This document shows positions 1 to 11,907 of a stretch of 64,000 nt of DNA, piece by piece (the stretch's first letter is position 1; each line of letters starts with the position of its first letter). This DNA is from Squalus acanthias (taxonomy: Eukaryota): contig CM059446.1 in NCBI GenBank assembly GCA_030390025.1, forward strand, positions 51,894,001-51,958,000. The letters run 5' to 3'. The notes under the pieces were generated by a model that had not been told where the DNA came from, searched no databases, and saw only the letters and a list, made by a program, of their open reading frames with translations. The position numbers and the translations under genes are program-made.

Positions 1-625
1 TGTTTAAGCTGGCCTGTCCCTTTAAGATTCAAGCATTCTCTGTGGGGAAATGGTCTAAAAATGCAAATCCAGGCTGCTTGTAAACATCTCAGGACGCTTC
101 GAGGTGAATTGTTGCTGCTTGCACCTTTCTGGTTCCAGATCAGAAAAGCCCAGCATTATATGACCAACTTTCTTTCTGCAGTTCTTAAGATTGTAACAAA
201 GTGTGGTGTCTGGAGTGTGACATATCGAATCTGTTCACTGTACACCAGACACAAGATTTTCAATTTTTTTCCCCTAGTTTATTTTCCAGCGTATTATACA
301 CAGAGAGCCAAGACCAAGTGTTGTATTCAGGTGAAGTGGGATTAGACTGCAGAGGATAATTGGACCAGGGCATGCAAACATAATCAAGTTGCCATTTTAA
401 AGTTGTATATTCTGTCCTTATTTTATACCTTTCCATTATAAATTCCTATTCCACATTTTTAATGAAAACTTCCTATTTAAACTCGTCCTATTTAAACTGC
501 AGCACCTCCACAGTGGGGGAGGATTTAAATACAGTGCGAGAAGTTTATATAGGCAGTTTCCATGATAAATGAGGACATAGAAATTTATAAGATAAAAGGT
601 TGGCAGGAAGTGCATGCAGATATAA

Positions 626-960
626 GGGCCTGGAGTTTCTGCTCGATTGCACTGGGTTTTTTTTCCGCGCAATTCAGGTGAAATTGGAGTAACCAATGCA
701 AAAGATCGCGGGATTTTAAGCGCAGATTGCGTTCAGCGCAATTTGAGATTCCGCGATCTTCTGCGCTCGTTTTAAAAAATATTGCGCTAGAACCCAGTGC
801 CGCCCATAAAACTGCCCACGCTCCCCCCAGGCTGAATTAATCACTGCTAATTGCGCTCGTTCGCCGGCCTTCGAGGAGGCGCCAAAAATATCTTTTGGGG
901 GCCGGACATTAAAAGGTATATTTTAAAAGCTTTTAAATGTGATTTTTAATTTAATTTACT
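626..960. mobile_element. Truncated non-autonomous DNA transposon (MITE-like, possibly PIF/Harbinger type), left part only
   Basis: Abrupt CpG-rich segment starting TAA|GGGCCTGGAGTTTC. It has an internal inverted repeat (AAGATCGCGG 702-711 / CCGCGATCTT 751-760) and then an AT-rich stretch, the same layout as the 49540-50276 element. No matching right TIR was found. Confidence 0.45.
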
Positions 961-1741
961 AAGAAACTAAGTTTTCTATTTCTTCTATTCAGTTTAGAAG
1001 CTGCATGTTCCTGCACCCCTAGTTCATAATGGAAGTCTTGCAAAAATTTGAGCCCCTGAGTTCTGTAGTCATTGAATTTGGTGATCATAATTGGGTTGAG
1101 ATTCCTCTGGGCTGGCCTTAGTCAACTCATGGCAGTATATGTCTGACTTGGGTGAAGAGGAAGAAAATCTGAGATAGTCAATCTCTGCAACAAGAAGGTA
1201 TCTCGTCAGCTAAATGTTGACATTCTTTGGTGGCAATCACAAAAGCATGTGCGACCTGGGCTTTCTCTGCCCCACACCCAGTCTGAGGAGTGAGCCCTTG
1301 GCTTATTGGTAGCATTCCCGCTTCTGACAGTCCCAGCAAGTGGAGACTGGAGCTCTGACTCTGAATTCTGGGTTGGCATCCACTGAGATACTTGCCTCTG
1401 ATGGATGTGGATGGCTCCCCTCATCATATGGGTTGTGGGAGCCCACATAGGACTAGTCACCCTATCGGTTAGTATAAAGATGGTTATGGCCATGGAAGGA
1501 GCAGCCACATTGCAGCCTGCCATACTGTTAATTGGCCTGCAAATACTCCAAAGGGGAAGATGCAAAAAAACAAACAACCCAATCTGAGAACTGTACAGAC
1601 ATCACAACAAAAGCCCTCCTATCTAACTGGGATATGAGTTCTACCACCATTTGGCTACCAAACCAATACCGAATATTGCGGTGCCAAAGTCCTGCCCTTA
1701 CCCCAAGGGATTGATTTATTCCAATTTGTTCTCTCCGATAG

Positions 1742-1920
1742 GTTACGTGCGTTTTCGTGAACAATACCCTGAGCTCTTTGAGAACCTGACACCTGAAGCG
1801 GTACGCAGCACCATCGAGGCAGGTTATCCCGGCATTCTCACAAATCGAGACAAGTATGGCCGTGTCGTATTGCTCTTTAACATTGAGAACTGGGATTACG
1901 AGGAAATTACATTCGATGAG
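1742..1920 (+). CDS. RLBP1: RLBP1 (CRALBP, cellular retinaldehyde-binding protein), internal coding exon, 179 bp
   Basis: Boundaries ccgatag|GT...GAG|gtaata. Encodes (G)[59 protein letters not shown], matching the CRALBP CRAL-TRIO region. Confidence 0.96.
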
Positions 1921-2109
1921 GTAATAGAACCTGTCTCCATTAAGGTTCGGCCCATACCAAAAGAACCGAAGAGGATGTGCGCCTCCAAACTATTGTTTGA
2001 TCTTTTTTCTCTCTTTGTTCTTCCAACTATCTCTTCTCCTCTCTTGAAGACGCTTGGCTTGGAAAATCCACGGATACACAGGGAGGCTAACTTACAACTT
2101 GCATATCCA

Positions 2110-2192
2110 GCGCCCATTATAGAAACCACCTGATTTTCCCATTCATTGATATCAATGGTTGAGAAAAATCGGGCAGTTTCTATAATGGGCGC
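2110..2192. repeat. Long palindrome, probably the core of a MITE (~2056-2245)
   Basis: GCGCCCATTATAGAAAC (2110-2126) is the exact reverse complement of 2176-2192. The centre is the palindrome CATTGATATCAATG. Confidence 0.75.
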
Positions 2193-2414
2193 CCAACCGG
2201 CAACGCCAGTTTTACGCTCCAGAGCTCAGTTGAAAATGACCCCCACTGGGTCCCAGCCTGGTCACGAAATTTGGAGGATGGCCTATTGCAGGAAGGAGGG
2301 TCTTGCCTGCCCCAAACATAGCTATCGAGGTAAGGGAGAACAGGGCTTGGGTGGGGGCTTCAAACATCAGTGTTTGGATGCTCCGGAGGTTCATTGAGAC
2401 ACAGCTCATGATGT

Positions 2415-2915
2415 GATCGCACTAGAGAGGGTACAGAGGAGATTTACAAAGATGTAGCCAGGACTGGAGAATTTTAGCTATGAGGAAAGATTGGATAGGC
2501 TGGGGTTGTTTTCTTTGGAACAGAGGAGGCTGAGGGGAGACTTAATTGAGGTGTATAAAATGATGAGAGGCCTAGATAGAGTGGATAGGAAGGACCTATT
2601 TCCCTGAGCAGAGAGGTCAATAACCAGGGGGCATAGATTTAAAGTAATTGGTAGAAGGATTAGCGGGGAGTTGAGGAGAACTTTTTTCATCCAGAGGGTG
2701 GTGGGGGTCTGGAACTCACTGCCTGAAAGGGTGGTAGAGGCAGAAACGCTCATAGCATTTAAAAATTACTTGGATATGCACTTGAAGCGCTGTAACCTAC
2801 AGAGCTACGGATCAAGAGCTGGAAAGTGGGATTAGGCTGGAGAGCTCTTTTTCGGCCAGCACAGACACGATAGGCCGAATGGCCTCCTTCTGTGCCGTAA
2901 ATTTCCATGATTCTA
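2415..2915 (+). mobile_element. CR1 LINE 3' fragment
   Basis: Typical CR1 ORF2 C-terminal sequence (LERVQRRFT..., [12 protein letters not shown]..., RVVGVWNSLP) with in-frame stops, ending in the ATGATTCTATG-type tail. Confidence 0.88.
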
Positions 2916-3289
2916 TGAATAGGCATACTGACGGACCCGTTCAGGTTTGGATCATGGCTGGACCCTTGAAGTTTTGGCCACAATTTCTTCTTCATTTTTA
3001 AAGTGGCCTCCTTTGTAAGGTTGTCATGGGGGAATCTATGACTCGTTTGTGAGAGGAAGGGAAACCCAGCACCCCGTCCCAGCCTGGCAGCTAGGCCAGA
3101 TGTTTCGGCTTGGGTTAGATGGTGGGTGCCCTAGATGCGCCTGCCATTTGCAGGCAAATTAGGGAACCAACCCTAGACCCTAGAAAGTCTTCCAGGGTCA
3201 GCAGCAGATGTTCCTGGTGGACACAATACCAGCGTAGATGCTGGGATCGATGGCCTGCAGATTCTCATGGCCACTGACTTGCTGGAATA

Positions 3290-3770
3290 AGATTCCAAAT
3301 CAGTTGCCCTCCATCACCTCACCCAAGTGGCTATTCTTCATGTGCGAGCCTCGGCAGGGAGTGCCAGGAGGCTACTTGACTGTGGAGGACATTGCCCATC
3401 CTGTCATTCCCTCATTATCCACACACACTTTCCAGCAGGATATAGCAACCAAGAGTAGCAACCCTGATTGATTTTTCCCTCCCTAATCTGGAGAACTGAG
3501 GCCAACTGTGGTACCTCTATAGTGGCCCCAGCTGAAATCACATAACTCAGCAAAGACCAGTGATCGAAGCTGGGACCTAAACACTGCTTGTCAGTTGGCT
3601 AGTTGACCATGGGAGGACACCACAGCTGAGCCATTCTGAGGTCCACACCTGATGTATTGTGATCAGAAGCAGGAATCTTGGCTGATCGTTCCTCCCACTG
3701 GCACTGGTGCCCATTGAAGCAATTTCGCTGCAGCCCCAGCCCCAGCCCCAGCTCAAATCAGCTATAAGAA
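3290..3770 (-). mobile_element. Two decayed SINE copies (AmnSINE2-like family)
   Basis: Reverse-complement match to the copy at 32250-32530 (CACTTTCCAGCAGG...GATTTTTCCCTCCCTA...GAGGCCAACTGT...CAGCTGAAATCA). Confidence 0.55.
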
Positions 3771-3840
3771 TGTTTATTTCAAAAACCTGACTCGGAAGAT
3801 GATTGCGTGTGCGATTTAAGGCGGTTCTCTTCCTCGTTAG

Positions 3841-3999
3841 ATCCTTCGTGCTTACTGCGTGATCCTGGAGAAACTTCTAGAGAATGAGGAGACGCAGATT
3901 AATGGATTTTGCATCATTGAAAACTTTAAGGGATTTACAATGCAACAAGCATCTGGCATCAAACCCTCAGAGCTCAAGAAAATGGTAGACATGCTTCAG
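3841..3999 (+). CDS. RLBP1: RLBP1 internal coding exon, 159 bp
   Basis: Boundaries cctcgttag|ATC...CAG|gtgagt. Encodes [53 protein letters not shown]. Confidence 0.97.
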
Positions 4000-4647
4000 G
4001 TGAGTGTAGGAAGCCATCAGCCAGAGGGAGTGCTCCTTTAGACGTGTGGGTGGGGCAATTCACGGAAAAGCATGTGCTTTCACTGTCTTTTCATTTTCTC
4101 TTATAAACATGAACTTAAATTCCTTTATTTTGAGCCTATTTGGGTGGAGTTCGCAACGACATTTCCAACTATTCTTCCTCCCGATCCTCATTGCTCTATG
4201 GGTCCACTTATTTTCCCCCCACTTCCCCCGGTCTCCATGCTTCCCCTCCAGCTGAGGGGTTTCTACCTGTGCTGCTCCAAACTGGTCACAAGCAGGAGCT
4301 TGCAGACAAGGCCTATGATTCCGCACCCCCCCCCCCCCCCACCCCGCCCTCCTCCCTCCTCAGGGAGAACCAGGCCTCCAGTCAGCAGCTCCCCAAAGCA
4401 GCTCAGCTGAGATTGGTATCTCAGTGGGGAGGGAATTCGAACCTATGTGCCATAGTCATAGACATAATAATCATAGACATACTCCCCGAGCCCATTTTAC
4501 TACCAAGCTTAAAAGTGGGCTGGACAGGAACCCAAGTCACAGGGGTGAAAAGATTTCAAAGGATCTACTCCTAAAAAAGGTCAAAGCAGATGGTTGAATT
4601 TGGCTTATTCATAAAATGATGTCCCAAACACTGGGCTCCAAGCAATG

Positions 4648-5325
4648 AACATAAGAACATAAGAAATAGGAGCAGGAGCAGGCCATTCGGCCCCTCGAGC
4701 CTGCTCCGCCATTTAATGAGATCATGGCTGATCCGATTTTGGCCTCAACTCCACTTTCCTGCCCGCTCCCCATAACCCTTGACTTCCCTGTTGCTCGAAA
4801 ATCTGTCTATCTCAGCCTTGAATATATTCAATGACTCCGCCTCCACAGCTCTCTGGGGTAAAGAATTCCAAAGATTCACGACCCTCTGAGAGAAGAAATT
4901 CCTCCTCATCTCCGTCTTAAAAGGGCGACCCCTTATTCTGAGACTATGCCCCCTCGTTCTAGATTCCCCACCGAGATCCTCTCAGCATCTACCCTATCCA
5001 ACCCCCTGTCCAAACCCTCTGTTTGATTGTATTATGATTTTCTAAATACCCTGCTACTACTTCCTTAATAATGGATTCGAGCATTTTGCCAATGACGGAT
5101 GTTAGGCTAACTGGCCTATAGTTTCCTGCTGTCTGTCTCCCTCCTTTTTTGAATAAGGGCGTTACATTTGCGGTTTTCCAATCCGCAGGGACTTTTCCAG
5201 AGTCAAGGGAGTTTTGGAAGATTACAACCAATGCATCCACTATCTCTGTAGCCACTTCTTTTAAGACCCTAGGATGCAGGCCATCAGGTCCAGGGGACTT
5301 GTCAGCCTTTAGACCCATAAGTTTG
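4648..5325 (-). mobile_element. CR1 LINE fragment: 3' end joined to an upstream ORF2 segment
   Basis: AACATAAG tail repeats at ~4648. ORF 4989..5420(-) encodes KSPGPDGLHPRVLKE...WKTANVTPLFKKG...NYRPVSLTSVIGKMLESII, the start of the CR1 reverse transcriptase. Confidence 0.9.
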
Positions 5326-5446
5326 CCATGGGATAGGGTCTTGCTGTTGTCCTCCAGTAGCTCCATCTCGAGACATACACAGCAAGCAAAGAAACAGTGA
5401 GGAAAGTTCAATAGTTTCATGTCTGTTCCTCTTTTTGAACTTTTAG

Positions 5447-5632
<186 letters not shown>

Positions 5633-5803
5633 TAAGACTTGCTCCATAATGCTCTGTGCATTAATCCCTATAGGTATCCCAAGTAAATCACTGTTCTGAA
5701 GGCCTGTAGTTCTTTCCCATCTCAGGAGGTCAGAGCTAGACTTGGAGAATAAATTACCAAGGAAGGCTATAGAAGCAGGCAATTTAAACTGGCTCAAGAA
5801 ATA

Positions 5804-5912
5804 GGCGACAGCTCCGAAAGCTTGTAATTTTAAATAAATCTGTTGGACTATAACCTGGTGTTGTGCGACTTCTCATTTTTGTCCACCCCAGTCCAACGCC
5901 GGCATCTCCGCA
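5804..5912 (+). mobile_element. Short Penelope-like retroelement fragment with a 10-bp target-site duplication, inserted in a decayed CR1 piece
   Basis: Flanked by TCAAGAAATA (5794-5803 and 5913-5922). Positions 5811-5876 are near-identical to 50348-50413. It keeps only the 3' half of the hammerhead motif (GCTCC GAAA GCTT GTAA). Confidence 0.75.
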
Positions 5913-6217
5913 TCAAGAAATATAGAGAGAGAAGGGACTGAGGGATATGATGGGAAGATGGATGGGTCACAGCTCGAGGCAAACATATCAAATCCAGGCC
6001 CAGGTTTATGGGCGGGGCTGAGACTTTCAAGAAAAAACTTCAATGCAAACATTAAAAGACACGAAAGAAAAGTCAATGGATAAAGTTAATCATGTTACTG
6101 TCAAAATTTTGTTCAAACACTTATATCGGATATTAGAAATTTCAGTTACCGAGAAGAAAAATGGCAGATGATAAACATTTCCGAATGCATTTGAGTGATT
6201 TATGGGAACCTGGTGGT

Positions 6218-6381
6218 TAATGTTCCCTCTAATTTTTTGGGGGCCGTGTGGCCCCTTTAACGGGCTGCGCGCCCCATTCAAAATTCCGCACATGTGCGGT
6301 TTTTCCCATTTAAAAGCCGGCGAGCCGGCTGTGTGGGACCTCCAGAGCGCTGTGCGACTGTGCAGCATAAAAGACACATTG
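6218..6381. mobile_element. Small MITE, probably hAT-derived
   Basis: GC-rich island with ends AATGTTCCCTCTAA ... ATAAAAGACACATTG (a degenerate inverted match) and internal palindromes (CCGCACATGTGCGG; AGCCGGC GA GCCGGCT). Confidence 0.55.
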
Positions 6382-6689
6382 CTGTTGGCCAGACTTTACA
6401 ATCTCAGAGTAATATACTCTAACTATAAAATAGCAGTGATTTTGTGTCACACATTGTGACAACTTTAACATTGGAAAGACTTTTCACAGTGCCACCTATA
6501 GGAGTAAGAGATACTGCAGATACTTATAGTTATCAATGAAACATGTGCCCCACATACCAAACTTAATATAAAATAGCGCCTCCATTCAATTTAGTCCTTT
6601 AAAGGGTAAATTTGGTGATTTTATTTGCTGTAGCTTGAGCCCAGTTAGATTATTTATGACAAGGAACAAACACTTTTTTTTCCCCACAG

Positions 6690-6848
6690 GTTTATGTCCA
6701 TGGTGAGGAGCTGGAAGCCTTCTTCAAGGAGATTGATGCTGATATCCTCCCAGAAGATTTCGGAGGTAATCAACCCAAATACGACGGCAAAATGATCGCT
6801 GAGAAAATCTTTGGTCCGTGTATTGAGTCAGAAGATACTGCCCTTTAG
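6690..6848 (+). CDS. RLBP1: RLBP1 terminal coding exon
   Basis: Boundary tttttccccacag|GTT. Encodes [52 protein letters not shown], then TAG at 6846-6848. Matches the CRALBP C-terminus. Confidence 0.97.
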   Translation, partial: VYVHGEELEAFFKEIDADILPEDFGGNQPKYDGKMIAEKIFGPCIESEDTAL

Positions 6849-7086
6849 TTACCCGCAAATGGGGTTGAAGAAAGACTTCAATAGTGAGGGGGGACCTAAT
6901 TACAGGCTAGTTTTCACATTATACTCAATGGGTTTCTTGAAACTGTCCACCTAAAACATTGCACCACACAAAACTGAACTTTTCTGAATTTACTCCACAT
7001 TTGCTTCACATAATTTATGGTTTTTATGGCAGGCCCGAGCTGCAACTAAACCATTGCCTCTTTCCTTCTTGAAATGTAAAATTAGC

Positions 7087-7092
7087 AATAAA
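7087..7092 (+). terminator. Candidate RLBP1 polyadenylation signal (an alternative AATAAA lies at 8587-8592)
   Basis: First AATAAA seen after the stop codon, about 240 nt downstream. Confidence 0.45.
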
Positions 7093-7863
7093 GGAGTTTT
7101 TATGAAAAGCAAAATGTAGCTCCACCAGTGGTTCAATAACGGAAGACGGGCGTGCATTGATACATCACCTTATCACATCCCGCAGAAACGTCTCCAATTG
7201 GTTCACATATACAGTGAGTTGTTTTGTCGAGTAGTGACTGTTGTCGTGTAGGCCTCGACCTTGAACGAGATAGTCACGGTTGAGACGCTACAATTTGCCT
7301 CAGCGCCCTGGGTGAGGGAGAGGAAGAGTCTGCCCCAGTTCAGGCATCTGCAAGAGGCTGTGGTTCGTTACTGGACGGGGAAGAAAAAATTGTGGGGGTG
7401 GGAAGCAAATTAGGATTCTTTCACATCTCCAGCTGTTCTGAGAGATTTGGGACTCCAGAGAGACGTTTGCACAAGTAGATTTATGGGGAAGATTGCTTCT
7501 GTACAATACAGCATGTAAATAGCTAAATCGCACAGGAATCAATTAGGAAGCTCTGTAGAATGGATACACTTTGATGCTATGTTTTCATTCAGTAACGTTG
7601 TGTGCACTGCAGAAAATAGGTTCTAGAAGATTCACGGCCAGAAAGTAAGATGCAGCTGCTGAGCAGATCAATGAACGCTAACGGGGCTTTGTCTGTGCAA
7701 ATGGGAGGTATTGTGGCAATTGGCTGCTAGAGATTGCTGTTCAAAATAGTGCAGTTGAGGTAGAAGTCCAGCATACTTACGTTGATGCAAATTTTATCTT
7801 TGACAAAAATTTCCTCTCTTTTCCTCCCGACACCCCCACCCATATCTTTAAAAAGAATTGATC

Positions 7864-8200
7864 ACTGGGATGTGGGAATCACTGGCAAGACTGGCATTTA
7901 TCGCCAATCCTTAGTTGGCCTGACTGAGCGGCTTGCTCGACCACTTCAGGGGACAGTTAAGAATCAACCACGTTGGCATGGGACCAGAGTCAGATATAGT
8001 CCACGCTGGGTAAGGACAGCAGGATGCCTTCTCTGAAGGAGATTAGTGAACCAGTTGGGTTTTTAACGATAGCTTCACGGTCATTTTTACTGAGTCCATG
8101 CTATTTACTTATGAATTCAAATTCTCAAACTGTCGTGGTGGGATTTAGAACTCGCAATTCTCCGGATTATTAGTCCAGCCACATAACCACTACACCACCG
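7864..8200 (-). mobile_element. tRNA-headed SINE sharing its 3' tail with the LINE at 58745-59140
   Basis: On the - strand the head carries A/B-box-like sequence (GTAGTGGTTATGTGGCTGGACTAATAATCC...GTTCTAAATCCC). The tail at 7864-7915 matches ATAAATGCTGGCCTTGCCAG...CACATCCC of the LINE. Confidence 0.65.
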
Positions 8201-8639
8201 TAGCCACATCTGCAGCACTGGGCTTCAGTGTGTTTGGCACGCAGGAGAGTTTGGCAGAGTTGGTTTCGAAGCAGCATATTCAGCACTGCCAGTGGGATTC
8301 TATGGGCTGGAGGGGGGGGAGGGGGAGGTGAATTTCCTCGGGGTTTCTCTCGCTCCGTCACCGTAACTTCAGCGTAAATTCGGTGGAATCCCCATTTAAA
8401 AATCACCCCTATGTGTTTCGGGCACTGCAGTAGAGATGATAAGACTACATACATTTTCAATTAAAACTGGGTGAAGATACTATTCAGCTGTGTAAGGACT
8501 CCCACCCAAGCAATGTCTGAGCGCTTCATAAATTATTTTGTATACATTTTGTAAACTCAATACTTTGTGACCTGCAGATAAATCCCAATAAAATTGGCAC
8601 CAGTTTTGCGATTGTCTGAATGTGAGCTCTCCTGGCTGG

Positions 8640-8885
8640 TAGTATTGAGCCATGTATAGCCGAAGATCCCAATTTGTGCTGAGGTCGCTGTTCTCAACTG
8701 GGACAGTGGGGGGGGGGGGGGGGGGAGGGAGTAGGTGCTATAATTGTCCTCAGAGTTCCAGGGCTAGGGAGGAAAAGAATGAGCCAGGATTCCTGGTACT
8801 GATAACCAGCCAGTGACCTCCCCCTCCCCTATCGCCGGTAAGTCTACATGGCAGGACATCAGCTGAGGACAAGATTGGGTTCGGA
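8640..8885 (+). mobile_element. AmnSINE2-like SINE copy with an expanded poly-G tract
   Basis: GCTATAATTGTCCTCAG...GGGCTAGGGAGGAAAAGAATGAGCCAGGATTCCTG...CAGTGACC, as in 32250-32530. G-run at ~8708-8725. Confidence 0.6.
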
Positions 8886-9331
8886 CAAACAGGATGACAA
8901 CGCTCTCTATCTCGGCTCGCATATGAAGGAGAAACACTTGGATGAGGGACCGCAGAGCGCTCGGCGGATTCGCAACCCAGCACGAATCCAGAGCCTTTCG
9001 AAGAAGAGGGGAGAAGATCGAGACAGAGGTTGTAGAGGACAGCAGTAAACGGAGAAAGTGCAGAGCCGTTCACACAACACTCAACCACCAAGAAACTGTT
9101 AAATGTATTTGTTGGACTCGTTTCCCATCACGCTTGAAACTGATGTACAGTGGGAATTCCTATTCTCCAACAGAAAAATAAATAGAATTTGATATTAAAC
9201 AAATGCAAAAATCTGGGTTCAGTCCCGAGTGTTTTTCAAATGTTCCCTCACCCCATATCCTTCTTCCCAGTGATGGACCATCTTCTGTGCAGCTAGATCT
9301 GAAACTGGCACTGAAGACCATTGTTGGGGCG

Positions 9332-9530
9332 GAGTAGAGGGAACTTGGAGGTAATGGTGCTGTACCTAACCAGAAGTGCTTGATGTGACAGTGTTGTGGA
9401 AGCATTACTTTGCTTCTAACCCATGCTGTACCTGACCTGGGGGTGTCTCATGGGGCCTTATAGAGGGAGCTTTACTCTCTTCTGACCCATGCCATATCTG
9501 ACCTGGGATTACTTGATACTGACACTGGGT
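9332..9530 (+). repeat. Degenerate ~65-bp tandem repeat, about 3 units
   Basis: Recurring unit AGAGGGAGCTTTACTCT..TCT(A/G)ACCCATGCTGTACCTGACCTGGG..TG.TTGATG. Confidence 0.65.
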
Positions 9531-10033
9531 ACTTGAAATGGGAAAGTGTTCCCATTCCTCAGTCCTAACATCTCTCACCTGATGAGCACGGAACTCACAC
9601 GAGAAAAGGTTTTAAAAATGAGTTTCAGTGTCAGTGAGTGCTTTCACTGGGACATTGAATGTTTTTGGTAAGCTGTAATGTGCATGTGTTGAGGAGAGGC
9701 TGGGACACACTGTCCCCAGGGAGTGACATCCTTCAGCACTGCGTGGAATGTTAAAAATGTAAGTAAATTAAAATGTTAAATCATTGGGTGGCCTGACTGA
9801 AATAAGCTGCTGGTCATTTGTCAGCACTGGTCGTCCTTTAAAGAATGTAATTACTTAACAGCATTTACCACTTCTCACATGCAGCTCTGTTCTGTGAGGA
9901 GGGAGCTCAGCTCCCAGATTGCCTCACATTGGCCACAATCAGCCCACATAACAAGGCATCCAACCACCATTGCGACCTGCAGCCAATGCTACTTTTACGG
10001 CATTGAATATGCCACCAGCTACATCTTTGCAAG

Positions 10034-10320
10034 GCCTCTACCACCTAGAAGGACAAGGGCAGTGGGCGCATGGGAACACCACCACCCCCAAATTCCCCTC
10101 CAAGTCACGCACCATCCTGACTTGGAAATATATCGCCGATCCTTCATCGTCGCTGGGTCAAAATCCTGGAACTCCCTCCCTAACAGCACTGTGGGAGTAC
10201 CATCACCACACGGTTCAAGAAGGCTGCTTACCACCACCTTCTCAAGGGCAATTAGGAATGGGCAATAAATGCTGGCCTTGCCAGTGATGGCCACATCCCA
10301 GGAATGAATAAAAAAAAAAC
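10034..10320 (+). mobile_element. CR1-like LINE 3' end, same family as 58745-59140
   Basis: Near-identical to 58845-59140. Encodes ...AGSKSWNSLP... and ends in an A-tail. Confidence 0.85.
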
Positions 10321-11907
10321 AGCTTTTTGTCTAAAAATATCCACATTTTTCTCTCCTCAATGTGCTAAATTCTACCTGGTGCGTGAATGCCGCGGGCACC
10401 GGTCACCTTCTGGTACCTCACCGCGTGGCCTTTCATCATCCCCGAGCCCAGACAGTGAGCTATTCAACTGTGGGGGGAGGACATCACAGCTGAGTCTGAT
10501 CCTGTCCCCATCTAACGAGTTGATGCTGGATCTTTGCTTCAATCACCAACTCTGGGAGTGTATTCCACAGCCACACAATCCCGTGTGTCAATAAGGTTCT
10601 TCTGCTCTCTGTCCTAAATCTCTTGCCTGTAATGTTCTATCTATGACCCCCTCGTTCTAGACCTTTCAATCACTTCAAACAGTCCATTTCTATCTACTCT
10701 GTCCCTTCCCTTCATAATTTTAAACACTTCTATCAAATCACCCTTTAGGGGTTGGAGGGTTAAGTCTGTCCTGCTCGAATCCAGTCTCAGAGCTGAATGC
10801 TCCCCCTGTGAGTGTGGATCCGGAGACCGTTATTTTGGAGAATCGCTTCTTGTGCTGTGTGGTTGAAGGCTCCTGTATTTGCTGCAATTTCGGGCCGAGG
10901 GAATGGGGGTCAGGTTCCTTCAGGAAATGAGCGGTGATTCAGTGGGACACATGCCAACGGTTAAGAAATTTGCCCCAGACAGCAGTGCATTGAGGTGTTT
11001 AATAACACTATAATTACTCGTTCTTCAGGGCCAGAGGTTTCATTTCAAAGAATTTTGTTTTTAAAATGTTAACAGCATCCTCGGCCCTCCCCACCCCCAT
11101 CACTGTAATATGTAGCATTCCCCACCTGCTCTGTTACTGGGCTGCAGGCAGGGTTGTGGGGGAGGGGGTGGTATCTAGTCACCCCTCCTGGAAAATGCAT
11201 GGGCTCTCCTAGTGTGCACCCCATGGTTGAATATCCTTCTGACGCTCACTGTTTAGGCTCACACATTAAGAATGGTTACTTGAGTGAGTTAGCAGAGGGC
11301 TCTATGGCTCTGTATACCAGCAAGAGTCAGGAGAGAAGGGAATAAATGAGATAAAAGAAAACAATTTATATTTTTATCACAAGCAGATGAGATGATGTAT
11401 CTGCGTTCAAATCTATTCTCAGTCACCGAGTTCAAAATCCCCATCTTATCTCAACTTCATAAACCACCTTGTTAGGAAAAGTTGTTTTTTTACTGGTTTC
11501 AGCTGAAAACAAAAGCCAACAGTTTAAGTGTTCTTGCTGTTTGCCATATCCCAAGATTTCAAGCAGAACATGGCACAGGCTCAATGAACAGCACCAGCGT
11601 GAACAACCACCAGGGGGTGGTACAACCCCGTCAGTTGTGAGACCGAAGACAAGTGGAAAGTGGCTGATTTTACACAGGGTTCAAAGTAACAGGCTGTTCA
11701 CTGGACATAAATCTTCCTTTTATAGTTTGAGACCAATTTTTAAGCAACGAGTTTAACACGTTTATAGGGTGTGTGGAATGTGAGTTAGGGAGATGTACCC
11801 ACACCCGCTCTCTTATGTAAAAGCAGAAAATAATGACACAAGGACTCTCAGCATCTGAAAACAGAAAGGAGAGGTTAACATTTTGGGCGTGAACTCTTTG
11901 TTAGAAT

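Noticed and set aside
1651-2133. 160-aa ORF as a standalone gene
   Set aside because: Only 1742-1920 is CRALBP-like and bounded by AG/GT. The rest is intron read-through.
4989-5420. Active or domesticated reverse transcriptase gene (also 40223-40973)
   Set aside because: Short, truncated or frameshifted LINE ORF2 fragments with no full RT or endonuclease.
9332-9530. CRISPR-like or otherwise regular repeat array
   Set aside because: Degenerate head-to-tail units without unique spacers, in a vertebrate context with no cas genes.
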